Of a DNA stretch of 64,000 nucleotides, positions 32,002 to 42,558 are shown piece after piece. The stretch covers positions 544,001-608,000 of the forward strand of contig CAWHHI010000006.1 in NCBI GenBank assembly GCA_963829055.1, read 5' to 3'. Below the pieces are notes generated by a model. It saw nothing but the letters and a program-made list of their open reading frames with translations. It did not search any database and was not told the DNA's origin. Source of the stretch: an uncultured Gemmatimonadaceae bacterium. Lineage in GTDB: Bacteria; Gemmatimonadota; Gemmatimonadetes; Gemmatimonadales; Gemmatimonadaceae. Each line of letters starts with the position of its first letter. Position 1 is the first letter of the stretch. A program made the position numbers and the translations under genes.

Positions 32002-34049
32002 TTACTTACTTCCGCCTGACTTGCTTGCGCCGGACTTGGCCGCCGCTTCCGCCGCCGCCGCGCTCAGTTGCGCCTGCGAGCGCTTGCTGATGTTCGCCAC
32101 CAACGGAACGTTCGAGCCGGACGGCGACACGCGGATGTAGCCCTGCATCTCCTGGTGGAGCGCCGAGCAGAAGTCCGTGCAGTAGAACGGATAGACGCCG
32201 GGCGCGGTCGGGGTCCACTTGAGCGTGCGCGTCTCACCCGGCGCCAGAATCAGCTCCGACGTATTCGCGCCGAGCACCGCGAACCCGTGCAGGATGTCCC
32301 AGTCCTGCTCGACGTTCGTGACGTGGAAGTAGACGGTATCGCCGACCTGCGCGCCCTCGAGGTTGTCCGGAGCGAAGTGGCTGCGGATCGCGAGCATCTT
32401 CACATCCACCCGCTTGCCCTTGCGGACGATGCTGCCCTCGGACTCCGCCTTCGTCACCCAGGTGTGCGTGTTCTCGGCCAGCTTGCGGAACTTGACCGAC
32501 TTGTCCTTGATGAGGCTCGCCGGAAGCGCCTGCGCGTAGTGCGGCTCGCCGATGGTCGGGAAGTCGAGCAGCAGCTTCATCTTGTCGCCGCTGATGTCGA
32601 ACAGCTGCGCCGACTGCGCCATCTCGGGGCCGGTCGGGAGGTAGCGGTCCTTCGTGATCTTGTTCATGGCCACGAGGTACTTGCCCCACGGCTGCTTGCT
32701 GTCGCCGCCCGGAATCATCAGGTGGCCGATCGAGTAGTACGTCGGAATGCGGTCGACGACTTCCCACGTGCCGAGCTTCCACTTCACGACCTCGCTCGAG
32801 ATGAACATCGACGTGTAGGCGTAGCCCTTGCCGTCGAACTCCGTGTGCAACGGACCGAGACCGGGCTTCTGCACTTCGCCGGCGAGGCTCGCGTCGTACT
32901 TGAGCACCGGAATGCCGTCGATCGTCGTCTCGAATGCCTTGTCGGCGATCGCCTTCTGCGAACTTCGTGAAGGAGTGAACCGGGATGACGGAGGCGAGCT
33001 TGCCACCGGCGACGATGTACTCGCCGCTCGGATCGATGTCGACGCCGTGTGGCGACTTGGGCGTCGGCAGGTAGTACACGAGACCATCGCACGTCCTTCG
33101 GGTCGAGCATGCGGACGCTCGTTTTGAGCTCGCTCGTCGTCGTGCCTGACGATTCGTTGATGAAGTTGTGCTGGTAGCTCGCGGGCTGCGTCTTCGCCTT
33201 ACCCTCCGCAACGCACGCTTCGGCGCGGCGGTAGTTCACAGCGGCGATGTAGTCCTTGTCGTTCTTCGACGCGTTCTCCTCGAGCTTGGTGTTCGCCTGC
33301 TCGGAGTTGTACGAGGTGAAGAAGAACCATCCGTCCGACGGTCCCTTGCCCGCATGACCGAGGTCGTAGTTGTAGCCGGGCATGAGGATCTGGAACGCGA
33401 TGTCCATCTTGCCGGGCTGGTCGGCCGTGATGAAGGACAGCGTGCCCTTGAAGTTCTGCTTGTAGCTGTCGATCGCGACGTCCGTGTTAGGCACCGGCAC
33501 GCTGAAGCGCGTGGCGGACACGATGTACTTCGTGTCGGGCGTCGAGAACGGCGACGCGTGACCACCGGCCGCGTTCGGGATCTGCAGGATCTCGCTCGTC
33601 TCGAAGGACGTCAGGTCGACGCGCGCGACACGAGGCGTGTTGTTGCCGTTGATGAAGATCCAGCGCCCGTCGGGTACGCCGTTGGTCTGCGACAGCTCCG
33701 GGTGATGCGTGTCGTCCCAGGGCACGTTCCCGAACGTGGTCTTGAGCATGTCCTTCGTCTCTTCGTTGTAGCCGTATCCGTTTTCGGGATTCTGCGAGAA
33801 GACGGGGATGACCTTGAGGAGACGGCCCGACGGCAGGCCATATACGGCGAGCTGGCCACTGAATCCGCCGGACAGGAAGGCGTAGAATTCGTCGTACGAG
33901 CCGGGCGCGACGTACACCTTCGACGCGACGTCGGTGGACACGAGATCGCTGGTGGCGGGGCGCTGGCTCGCGCAGGCGTATATCAGACTGGCGGCGGCTG
34001 CGAACGCGACTCCGGCGACCACTGAGGTGCGGGAGAGACGACTGGACAT
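32002..34049 (-). CDS. nosZ: Sec-dependent (clade II) nitrous oxide reductase (frameshifts at ~32950-33100)
   Basis: DTHHP, SPHG, GPLHTEFD, EPHY, CuA motif CTDFCSALHQEM; no twin-Arg, lipobox-like IYAC. Confidence 0.95.
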
Positions 34050-34246
34050 GGTGGATCCTCGAAGGCGAGGGTAGGAGAGACCTGGTGGCGTCTCCGCCAC
34101 TTGCCCTCAATGTCGCCATTGCTTCGGGACCGATGGATAGGGTAATGCCCGCGGCCTAACGTGGCGATTCCCGGTATCCGTGTCAGGGAACTCCGTACGT
34201 GTCGGCAAGGTTGGTGGGCTCACATTTCGACCCATGAGGTAGAGGA

Positions 34247-34680
34247 ATGGCACCAACGGCGGTATGGCTCCCCTGGGCACTCGGCTCGGCGGTGTTCGCC
34301 GCGCTCACGGCGATCTTCGCGAAGATCGGCCTCGAGGGCATCGACTCCGACTTCGCGACGCTCGTGCGAACGTTCGTGATCGTCGGCGTCCTCGGCGCGT
34401 TCGTGGCGGCGACGGGGAAGTGGAGGAATCCGTTCGCGCTGCCGTCGCGGTCCCTCGCGTTCCTCGTGCTGTCGGCGTTCGCGACGGGCGCGTCGTGGGT
34501 GTGCTACTTCCGCGCGCTCAAGGTCGGCGAGGCGGCGAAGGTCGCGCCGGTCGACAAGCTGAGCGTCGTGCTCGTGGCGGTGTTCGCGGTGGCGTTTCTC
34601 GGCGAGCGGCCGGTGGCGCGGGAGTGGATGGGGATCGGGCTCGTCGCGTTAGGTGTGCTCGTTCTCAGCGTTCGTCGTAA
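34247..34680 (+). CDS. EamA-family (single-domain DMT) transporter; 3' end uncertain
   Basis: FAALTAIFAKIG, ATGASWVCYFRAL, VAPVDKLSVV. Confidence 0.85.
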
Positions 34681-34805
34681 AGACGGCTCGGTCGGGAGTA
34701 GAGATCGCGATCGGTCTCACCGGTACCATGTCGTGAGTTCCACCGCCTCCGATGCCCGTCATGCGACGGATGACTGCGCTTCCGCCTTCCGCCATCCGCC
34801 TCCGC

Positions 34806-35322
34806 CTATGGCCTCCTTCCTACGGCCTCCTTCCTCAGTCTGGGCACCCACCTCGGCACCGCGCGTTTGTACTCCTCGTACGACTTGCCGAAGCGCTGCT
34901 CCAGGCCCGGCTCCTCGATCGACAGGAAGTAGAGGTGATTGACCGTGATGAACGCCGAGCGCCCACAGGCCAATGCTGCGGGAACCCGTGAGGAGTGCCT
35001 CGCCGATGAGGGTGGTGGCGACGCCGGTGATCATCGGGTTCCGCGTGTAGCGGTACGGACCCACCGCCACCAGCTCGGATGTGGGATCCCACGGCGCGAG
35101 CGTTCCCTTGCCAACGCGCGCGAACAACATGATGCACCACGCCGCCAGTCCGATGCCCGCCATCATCAGCACGACGCCTAACGTGCGCACCGGCACCACC
35201 GCCAGGGAGCGCGGCCACCGCGTATCGGTCGCCGCCTGATTCAGCAGGATCCAGCGCGGAATCACCACTGCCATCATCATGGGAAGCAGCAGGATCGACA
35301 GCAGATGCCGCAGCAGCTTCAC
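34806..35322 (-). CDS. Isoprenylcysteine carboxylmethyltransferase/PEMT family protein (frameshifted)
   Basis: GKGTLAPWDP, GPYRYTRNPM, EEPGLEQRFG, YKRAVPRW. Confidence 0.85.
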
Positions 35323-35355
35323 GGGCGCACGTCGATCACGATGGTGGCGGTCGCA

Positions 35356-35742
35356 CTAGGCCGGTTTCATCGTGGTGCCGATCCACCACGTCGTTCCGCC
35401 GGCGTCCTTCACGCCGCCTCGCTTGTCGTCATCACCCTTCTGCTCCGGCGGCCGCACCGGCGTCGCGCCGGCAGCGAGCGCTTTCTGGTACGTCGCATCG
35501 ACATCAGCGACGTACACGTGCACGTGCGCCGGCACCGCTGGAAACCCAGGGCCGCTGTCACCCAGCATCAGCACCGTGTCATCGATGCGCACCTCGGCGT
35601 GCATGATACCGCCGTCGGGTGCGGGAAACCGTCGTAGCTCCGCTGCGCCGAACGCCTTCATCAGGAACTCGATCGTCCGATCCGCTCCATCGACGATCAG
35701 GTATGGCGCGACGCTGGTGTATCCTTCAGGCTTATAAGGCAC
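35356..35742 (-). CDS. VOC/PhnB-like glyoxalase family protein
   Basis: PEGYTSVAPYLIV, HAEVRIDD, GVKDAGGTTWW. Confidence 0.88.
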   Translation of the reverse strand: MPYKPEGYTSVAPYLIVDGADRTIEFLMKAFGAAELRRFPAPDGGIMHAEVRIDDTVLMLGDSGPGFPAVPAHVHVYVADVDATYQKALAAGATPVRPPEQKGDDDKRGGVKDAGGTTWWIGTTMKPA

Positions 35743-35759
35743 GGTGCTCGTGATCAGGA

Positions 35760-37413
35760 GTGAGTCCCGAGATGCTACTGGCAGACGCGCTGCAGCAAGG
35801 GCGCGCGTGCTTCGAGCGACAGGCGTGGCGCGAGGCACATGATCTGTTGTCGGACGCGGACCGCGAGGCGCCGCTCGCGCCCGAGGACATCGATCGCCTC
35901 GCGACGTGCGCCTTTCTCCTCGGCGACGAATCCGGCAGCGCGGACCTCTGGGCGCGCGCGCACCAGGAATTTCAGAAACGCGGGGACGTCGAGCAAGCCG
36001 CCCTCTGTGCGTTCCGCATCGGCATTGGGCTGTTTCTGAAAGGCCAGGCGGCGCACGCGAATGGCTGGCTCGCGCGCGCGCGGCGTCTGCTCGACGATGC
36101 CGGCCGTGATTGCTCGGTGCGCGGGTACCTCCTCATGCCAGAGGGGATTGGGGCCGTGCGCGCGGGAAACCCGGCGCGGGCACACGAGCTGTTCTGCAAG
36201 GCCGCGGAGATCGGCCGACGCTTCGGCGACGACGACCTCGTCGCGCTCGCTCGGCAAGGCACTGGTCGCGCGCTCATCCGCATGGGCCAGGTGGCCGAGG
36301 GACTGGCGTTGCTCGATGAGGTGATGGTGGCGGTGTTGGCGGGTGAGCTCGCGCCACTTCACGTCGGCGACATCTACTGCAGCGTGATAGACGCCTGCAC
36401 GGAGATCTACGACCTGCGCCGCGCCCACGAGTGGACGGCGGCGCTCCAGCGCTGGTGCGAGCGGCAGCCTGACGGTCTTCCGTATCGCGGGAGCTGTCTC
36501 GTCCGACGCGCCGAGATCATGAAGCTGCACGGGTCGTGGACCGATGCGATGGACGAGGCCGAGCGGGCGTGCGTGCGGTTGCTCGTGCCGCCACCGAAGC
36601 CGGCGGCCGGGCAGGCGTACTACCAGCGCGGTGAGCTGCACCGGCTGCGCGGCGAGCTGGAAAAAGCGGAGGAGGCGTACAGGCAGGCGGCCGAGCTGGG
36701 GTCGAGGCCGCAGCCGGGACTCGCGCTACTTCGGCTCGCGCAGGGTGACGTCGATGCGGCGGTGTCCTCGCTCCGGCGTGCGCTCGACGAGACCGGCGAC
36801 AGGCTCGTAAGATCCCGTCTGCTTGGCGCTTACGTGGAGGTGCTGCTGGTGGCCGGTGACGTCGCCGGGGCACGTGCCGCGTCCGATGAGCTCACCGGAA
36901 TCGCGACCAGCTTCGACGCGCCATTCCTCCGCGCGTTGTCAGCGCACTGCTCGGCCGCAATTTTCCTCACTGAAGAGGATGCAAATAGTGCGATGCCACT
37001 GCTGCGGACTGCGCTCGATCTCTGGCGTGAGATCGAGGCGCCCTACGAAGACGCGCGGACGCGCGAGCTGATCGCGGTCGCGGCGCGCATGCTCGGTGAC
37101 GACGAGACGGCGGGGTTGGAGCTGGCTGCCTCGCGCCGCGCGTTCCAGAAACTCGGGGCGGTGACCGACGTCGCGCGCGTGGATGCTCGCACGCTCAAGA
37201 GCCGGAGGCAAGGGTCCGCGTCAGTTGACGGGCCGAGAGCTAGAGGTGCTGGCTCTGGTCGCGACGGGCAAAACCAATAAAGCGATCGCCGAAACGCTGG
37301 GTCTGAGCGAGAAAACGGTGGCTCGGCACCTGAGCAACATGTTCACGAAGCTCGATATCTCGTCACGTGCCGCGATGACGGCGTACGCGTACCGGAATCA
37401 TTTGGTGGGATAG
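35760..37413 (+). CDS. TPR-like + C-terminal LuxR HTH regulator (frameshift near 37200)
   Basis: [46 protein letters not shown]. Confidence 0.88.
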
Positions 37414-37430
37414 CCGCGGATCTGATGTCC

Positions 37431-37769
37431 GTTCATCGCGCCGGGGCCGGTGGGAACTACGATTTGGCGGATCACACGGAAAACGGCCGGATACGGCTTT
37501 GCATCGACGCTGGCTCTCGCCGGACGCCTGAATGAATGGGAACGGCCGCTCGGGACGCATGGTGTCCCGAGCGGCCGTTCCCAAGAATCCGGGCTCGTTG
37601 CGAGAGGAGCCGGATCACCGAGCGATATCCTGCTTCTTCCGTTTCATCCGCGAAATCGTAGTTCGCACCAAGCCGCGGCGCGATGATGCCTGAATGCAAA
37701 GCCGGATCCGGCAGTTTCGCAGTACAGATCCGCCCAATCGCAGTTCCCACCGGCCCCGGCGCGATGAAC
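37431..37769. repeat. Foldback element (family B), ~75-bp terminal inverted repeats with a perfect 20-bp central hairpin
   Basis: Arms 37431-37504 / 37694-37769; hairpin 37537-37583; extra arm copy at ~37646-37686. Confidence 0.8.
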
Positions 37770-37924
37770 CGTACCCCGCGATGCAACCGAAATCGCCGTA
37801 CATAGAAATACCCATCCTCCAATACTCATGCAGGTGCGCAGTTCGCCCGACGCGGAGATCCTGATCCCACCCTAATCTCTGGCTGTGATCCGACGTGATC
37901 ACCAAACACACTGGAGGTCAGGCC

Positions 37925-39052
37925 ATGCATCGCAACTATGAACCCGAGCGTGTCGAGACGGTCATCATCGGCGCCGGGCAAGCGGGATTATCGGTCGGTT
38001 ATCATCTGGCGCGTCGGGGCAAGCGGTTCGTGATCCTCGAAGCCAACGCACGCGTCGGCGATAGCTGGCGTGCGCGCTGGGACTCGCTCCGCCTCTTCTC
38101 ACCCGCGCGGTTCGACGGGTTGGACGGGATGCCATTCCCGGCGTCGCCGCACTCCTTCCCGCTGAAGGACGAGATGGCCGATTACCTCGAGGCCTACGCC
38201 GCACGGTTCGAATTGCCCGTCCGCACCGGCATGCAGGTGACGAGTCTTTCGCGAAGCGGCGACCGCTATCTCGTCGTCGCCGGCGACGCGAGCTTCGAGG
38301 CCGACAACGTCGTCGTCGCGATGGCCAACTACCAGTGGCCGCGCATCCCCGAGTTCGCGACCGACCTCGATCCGTCGATCGTGCAACTGCACTCGAGCGA
38401 GTACCGCAACCTGACGCAGCTGCGACCGGGCGGCGTGCTCGTCGTCGGCGCTGGCAATTCCGGCGCGGACATCGCGCTCGAGGCCGCGCGCGGCGGCCAC
38501 GAGACGGTGATCTCCGGCCGCGATGTGGGACACGTTCCGTTCAAGATCGGGAGCCGCTTCGCCCGCTGGTTCGTGTTACGTCCGTTGTTTCGCGGCCTCT
38601 TCCATCGCGTGTTGACGATCGACACGCCAATGGGTCGGAAGGCACGCCCCAAGGTGATCGGCAAGGGAGCGCCGCTCATCCGTGTGAAGCCTAACGATTT
38701 CGTCGCTGCAGGTGTGAAGCGCGTCGGCCGTACGGTGGGAGTACAGGACGGTCGCCCGGTGCTCGAGGACGGGCGAACGCTCGACGTCACGAACGTCGTC
38801 TGGTGCACCGGCTACCATCCGGGCTTCTCGTGGATCGAGCTGCCGGTATTCGACGCCGACGGAGAGCCGTTGCAGGATCGCGGAGTCGCACGCGGCGAGC
38901 CCGGGCTGTACTTCGTCGGGCTGCACTTCCTGTACGCGATGTCATCCGGGATGATCCACGGCGTGGGTCGCGACGCCGATCACGTAGCGGACACGATCGC
39001 TCGGCGACCGCGCACGGTAGCACCGGAGGTCGCACACGCCGTAGGCGCCTAA
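37925..39052 (+). CDS. Flavin-dependent oxidoreductase (CzcO/FMO-like)
   Basis: IIGAGQAG, RWDSLRLF, LHSSEY, VVGAGNSG, WCTGY. Confidence 0.9.
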   Translation: MHRNYEPERVETVIIGAGQAGLSVGYHLARRGKRFVILEANARVGDSWRARWDSLRLFSPARFDGLDGMPFPASPHSFPLKDEMADYLEAYAARFELPVRTGMQVTSLSRSGDRYLVVAGDASFEADNVVVAMANYQWPRIPEFATDLDPSIVQLHSSEYRNLTQLRPGGVLVVGAGNSGADIALEAARGGHETVISGRDVGHVPFKIGSRFARWFVLRPLFRGLFHRVLTIDTPMGRKARPKVIGKGAPLIRVKPNDFVAAGVKRVGRTVGVQDGRPVLEDGRTLDVTNVVWCTGYHPGFSWIELPVFDADGEPLQDRGVARGEPGLYFVGLHFLYAMSSGMIHGVGRDADHVADTIARRPRTVAPEVAHAVGA

Positions 39053-39058
39053 CGTCGC

Positions 39059-40888
39059 TCAGAAGTCCGTCAAGCCGGCACTCAGCGTCGCGAGCTCGGT
39101 GGGCACGCTGGTCTGCCCCTCGTAGCCGGGAAAGCCGCCGAAGCGGAAGCAGAGACGGAGATAGTCCACGAAGAAGAGACCGTGGCGCTCGTTCAGGAGC
39201 TCTCCGTCCGCCCGCGGGTCAGGGATGGCCATCTCGTACGGATCGCCACCGCTCGTGTCAGCTTTGTGAAGATCGTCCGGCGCGATTGTGATCGCCGCGG
39301 GGCCGTCTTCGTCCTCCTCGTCGTGCTCGACCGCACCTTCGTCGAAGCCGTAGACGACCAGCGGGTCCGTCGCGACGCTGTTGTTCTGCGGGTCGAGCGT
39401 TGGATGTCGCCCGATGAGATCGACCTCGCCAACGACCTCGTAGAACGCTCGCAGGGAGAGCGGCATCGCGCCGACCCGTTTCTCGAAGTTGGCGATGTCC
39501 TTCCAAACGTTAGGCTCGGGCGGCACATGCGCCCGGCTCGTCGCGACACTCGGCGCTGCCTGCGCAGGCTTTTGTGCCTGACCCGCCATGAGGCCGATCG
39601 TTTTCGTCATCATGCTGACGAGGTCCGCGAGTGGCGACGGCACCGTAGTGCCCGTGGCGTCGGCCGAGAAGATGTAGCCCATCGCCGTGAGGCGCTCGAC
39701 GAGCGTGCGGACGTTCGCGTCGACGCGCCGCATGGTCTCGTAGGCCACGGCGAGCGCGTCCGCCGCGTGCGGGTCACGACGTACGTCGGCACCTAACGCG
39801 ATGAGCTCCGTCCAGACGTTCCGGTGATCGCCAGCGACGTAACGCTCATACAGCGGCAATGCGCCGCCCGCGTGCGCTCGCAGCTTCTCGAGCCGAGCGG
39901 CGGCCTCCGCGGGGAGCGCGGTTTTGAGAATCGATCCCGGCTTCGCCGCCTTCTTCGCCGTGGGTGCCGATGTCCCGATCTTCGATTTCACGAACTTCTG
40001 AAATGTCGGATCGAACCCCTTGAAGTCGCGAGGCGGAACCGACGCTGGATCCATGATCCAGCGCTCCGGCACGGCTTTGCCGTTCCACGCGTACACGCGC
40101 CAGCCATCCCGATACACCGCGGCGGGACCATCCCCGTTCTGGAGTACACGCTGCTCGTTGAGATGAATCTCTGACGGGCGATCGCTCAGAATTGCGACGT
40201 TCTGGAACGGCCACCACAGGCCCGCGGACCGCGCCACGTCCCACGCGGCGCTCATCAGCGCGGGAGCCTCGCGCTCGCCCACGAGGTGCTCGTCGAACGC
40301 CATTTGATAGAACGGGTACTCATCGAAGAACGACTGACCTATCAACCTGTCGGTCGTGGGGCAGTGGATGACGCTTCTCAGTGCGCCGAGGTTCCCTCCC
40401 CAGAACGTTTGCTCTGCCCGAAAGAGATCGGTTTCGATGACGTCCGTGGCGAAGGACAGCGCGACGTTCTCATCCAGAGCGAACCGCTGCTCGAAGAACT
40501 TCATCTTGAACATCGTCGCGGGATTCGGCGGGAACGCCAGGTCCTCGCCGATCGGCACGCCGACCATCGCGGCTGCCTGGTCCCAGCCGGCGACGCCAAG
40601 CTTTGCGGCGAATGTCGATCGCGCGCGATCGATGCGCTCCTGGCCATCGCGTGACTTCGCGGCCGACGCCATGCTCTCTGCCCACGTGAAGTTGTGCGGC
40701 GCCGCCAGCAGCGCGACTGGCCACGATGCCTCGAACGGCGACTCGTACCACACGAAATGACGTGGCTCCGCGAATCCCGCCGCCTTGTAGAGTCGGCGGA
40801 CGCCGTCCTCTGCGCGGGGGCGGTCCGCCGGTTCGGTCGAGAACAGCTGCGCCAGCCAGGCGGCGCGAATGTCGGATTCGGATCTCAT
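39059..40888 (-). CDS. DUF6745-like domain fused to a C-terminal SMI1/KNR4-like domain
   Basis: STEPADRPRAE; WWPF..SDRP..GPA..YRDG..VYAWNG; PLSLRAFYEVVG..FVDYLRLCFRFGGFPG. Confidence 0.65.
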   Translation of the reverse strand: MRSESDIRAAWLAQLFSTEPADRPRAEDGVRRLYKAAGFAEPRHFVWYESPFEASWPVALLAAPHNFTWAESMASAAKSRDGQERIDRARSTFAAKLGVAGWDQAAAMVGVPIGEDLAFPPNPATMFKMKFFEQRFALDENVALSFATDVIETDLFRAEQTFWGGNLGALRSVIHCPTTDRLIGQSFFDEYPFYQMAFDEHLVGEREAPALMSAAWDVARSAGLWWPFQNVAILSDRPSEIHLNEQRVLQNGDGPAAVYRDGWRVYAWNGKAVPERWIMDPASVPPRDFKGFDPTFQKFVKSKIGTSAPTAKKAAKPGSILKTALPAEAAARLEKLRAHAGGALPLYERYVAGDHRNVWTELIALGADVRRDPHAADALAVAYETMRRVDANVRTLVERLTAMGYIFSADATGTTVPSPLADLVSMMTKTIGLMAGQAQKPAQAAPSVATSRAHVPPEPNVWKDIANFEKRVGAMPLSLRAFYEVVGEVDLIGRHPTLDPQNNSVATDPLVVYGFDEGAVEHDEEDEDGPAAITIAPDDLHKADTSGGDPYEMAIPDPRADGELLNERHGLFFVDYLRLCFRFGGFPGYEGQTSVPTELATLSAGLTDF

Positions 40889-40989
40889 GATGCGCGAGCG
40901 ACGTGAGTCTGCGACGTGGGTCCGGCGGAGCGACGTTGAAGGCGACGACTATCGCAACGGGGATCACCCGAGACTTGAACGATCCTGCG

Positions 40990-41230
40990 GTAGATGTCGT
41001 CGGGCAGCCGATCCGTCAACGGCCTCTCGGCGCCCGCTAGCGGCGACCCCTTCGTCCCAGCGATTCGTCAGGCTCGTTCCGCATCTGGACGATTGCGCGT
41101 ATCGCGAGCGCGCAGGGCAGCGCTTCGTAGGCTCTTCGTGCAGTACAACTCGACGACGGACCGCCTCGATTTCAACGCGCGTCTGCGCTACGCTTTCACC
41201 GAAGGATCTTCTGCGAGATCATCGTAACTA
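40990..41230 (+). pseudogene. Fragment resembling an outer-membrane beta-barrel C-terminus (DUF5916-like)
   Basis: LFVQYNSTTDRLDFNARLRYAFTEGS; no N-terminal part nearby. Confidence 0.45.
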
Positions 41231-41294
41231 GTCTGGCCACGACCCGTCCACGGAAGATCCCTCGTCGCCTTCGGCTCCTCGGGATGACACATCG

Positions 41295-42390
41295 ATGAAA
41301 ACACGGATCATCCTCGGTGTCTGCGCCGTGTGGCTGCTGCTCGGCGCACTGTGGGGTGCGCAGACCGCGCTCGGGTCGAGTGTGATGGGTGGGCAACCCG
41401 TTCCGCTCGTGGCGGCCATCAAGAGCGCGCTGCAGCAGATTCTGCCGTGGGTGCCCGTCACGCTCGCGGTCATTGCGCTCACCGTGCGCTTCCCGCTCTC
41501 GCGCGACACGTGGCTGCGCTACGCGCCGATGCATCTCGCCGCCGCGGCGCTGCTCGCGTTCGCCGCGAATGCGCTCGTCGTGCTCATGTACTGGGCGAGC
41601 GTCGGAAAGTTCGGTGGCCTCATCGAGCTCGCGCATCAGGGCGCGATCTGGGCGACGGTCCGCTTCCACATCGCGTTGCTCATCTACGCCTCCATCCTCG
41701 GCATCACGCAGGGCGTGCTCTCGTACCGCAGCATGAAGTCGCGCGAGCTGCAACTCGCGAGGGCGGAAGGACAGCTTGCCGAGGCGCGTCTCCAGGCGCT
41801 CAACGCGCAGATCCGGCCGCACTTCCTGTTCAACACGCTCCACACGATCGGCCAGCTCTGGCGCAGCGGCCGTAGCGACGACGCGGACGCCGTCCTCGAT
41901 CATCTCGGCGCGCTCTTTCACAAGGTCTCGAGCTCCACGTCTCGCTTCGAAGTGCCGCTGGCCGAGGAGCTCGAGTTGGTGCGCGACTATCTGGCGATCG
42001 AGGAGGTGCGTTTCCGCGACCGCTTGCGACCGACTGGTGGACGCGCCCGCTGACGCGCTGGACTGTCTCGTGCCGCCGCTCATCCTGCAGCCGCTCGTCG
42101 AGAACGCGGTGCGCCACGGCATTTCTGCCGTGTCCACCGCTGGCGTGCTGGAAGTGTCTGCATCGCGACAGGGATCGCGCCTGCGTCTCACGGTGCGCGA
42201 TGACGGGCCCGGAATCTCGGTCGCGTCGAAGTCGCCGGGCACCGGCACGGGGCTCCGCAATACGCGGGAGCGCCTCGCGCAACTCTACGGCGAGCGTGGG
42301 CTCATGAGCATCGCGGACGCGCCGGGCGGCGGCACGATCGTGACGGTGGACATCCCCATCGCGCCTAACGGGAGCAGCGGCGAACGGTCA
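41295..42390 (+). CDS. LytS-type sensor histidine kinase (frameshift near 42030; no stop before the repeat)
   Basis: QIRPHFLFNTLH, LQPLVENAVRHG, DDGPG, GTGLRN. Confidence 0.9.
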
Positions 42391-42558
42391 TTCCGAGCGG
42401 AGCGCCCGATCGGGCCGCGCAGTCGAGGAATCGCGATCGTCCCGATAGAGGGGCCCCTCTGCCCGGATGATCGCGATTCCTCGTGCGCCAGAGGGCACCC
42501 GCGCGCTTCCGGCGGCTCCGCTCGGAATGACCGAGCTCGGCTTCCGCTCGGAATGACA
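42387..42558. repeat. GTCATTCCGAGCG-type palindromic element (family A), in frame between the kinase and regulator
   Basis: Same ends and core as 18065; duplicated CGCTCGGAATGAC terminus. Confidence 0.85.
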
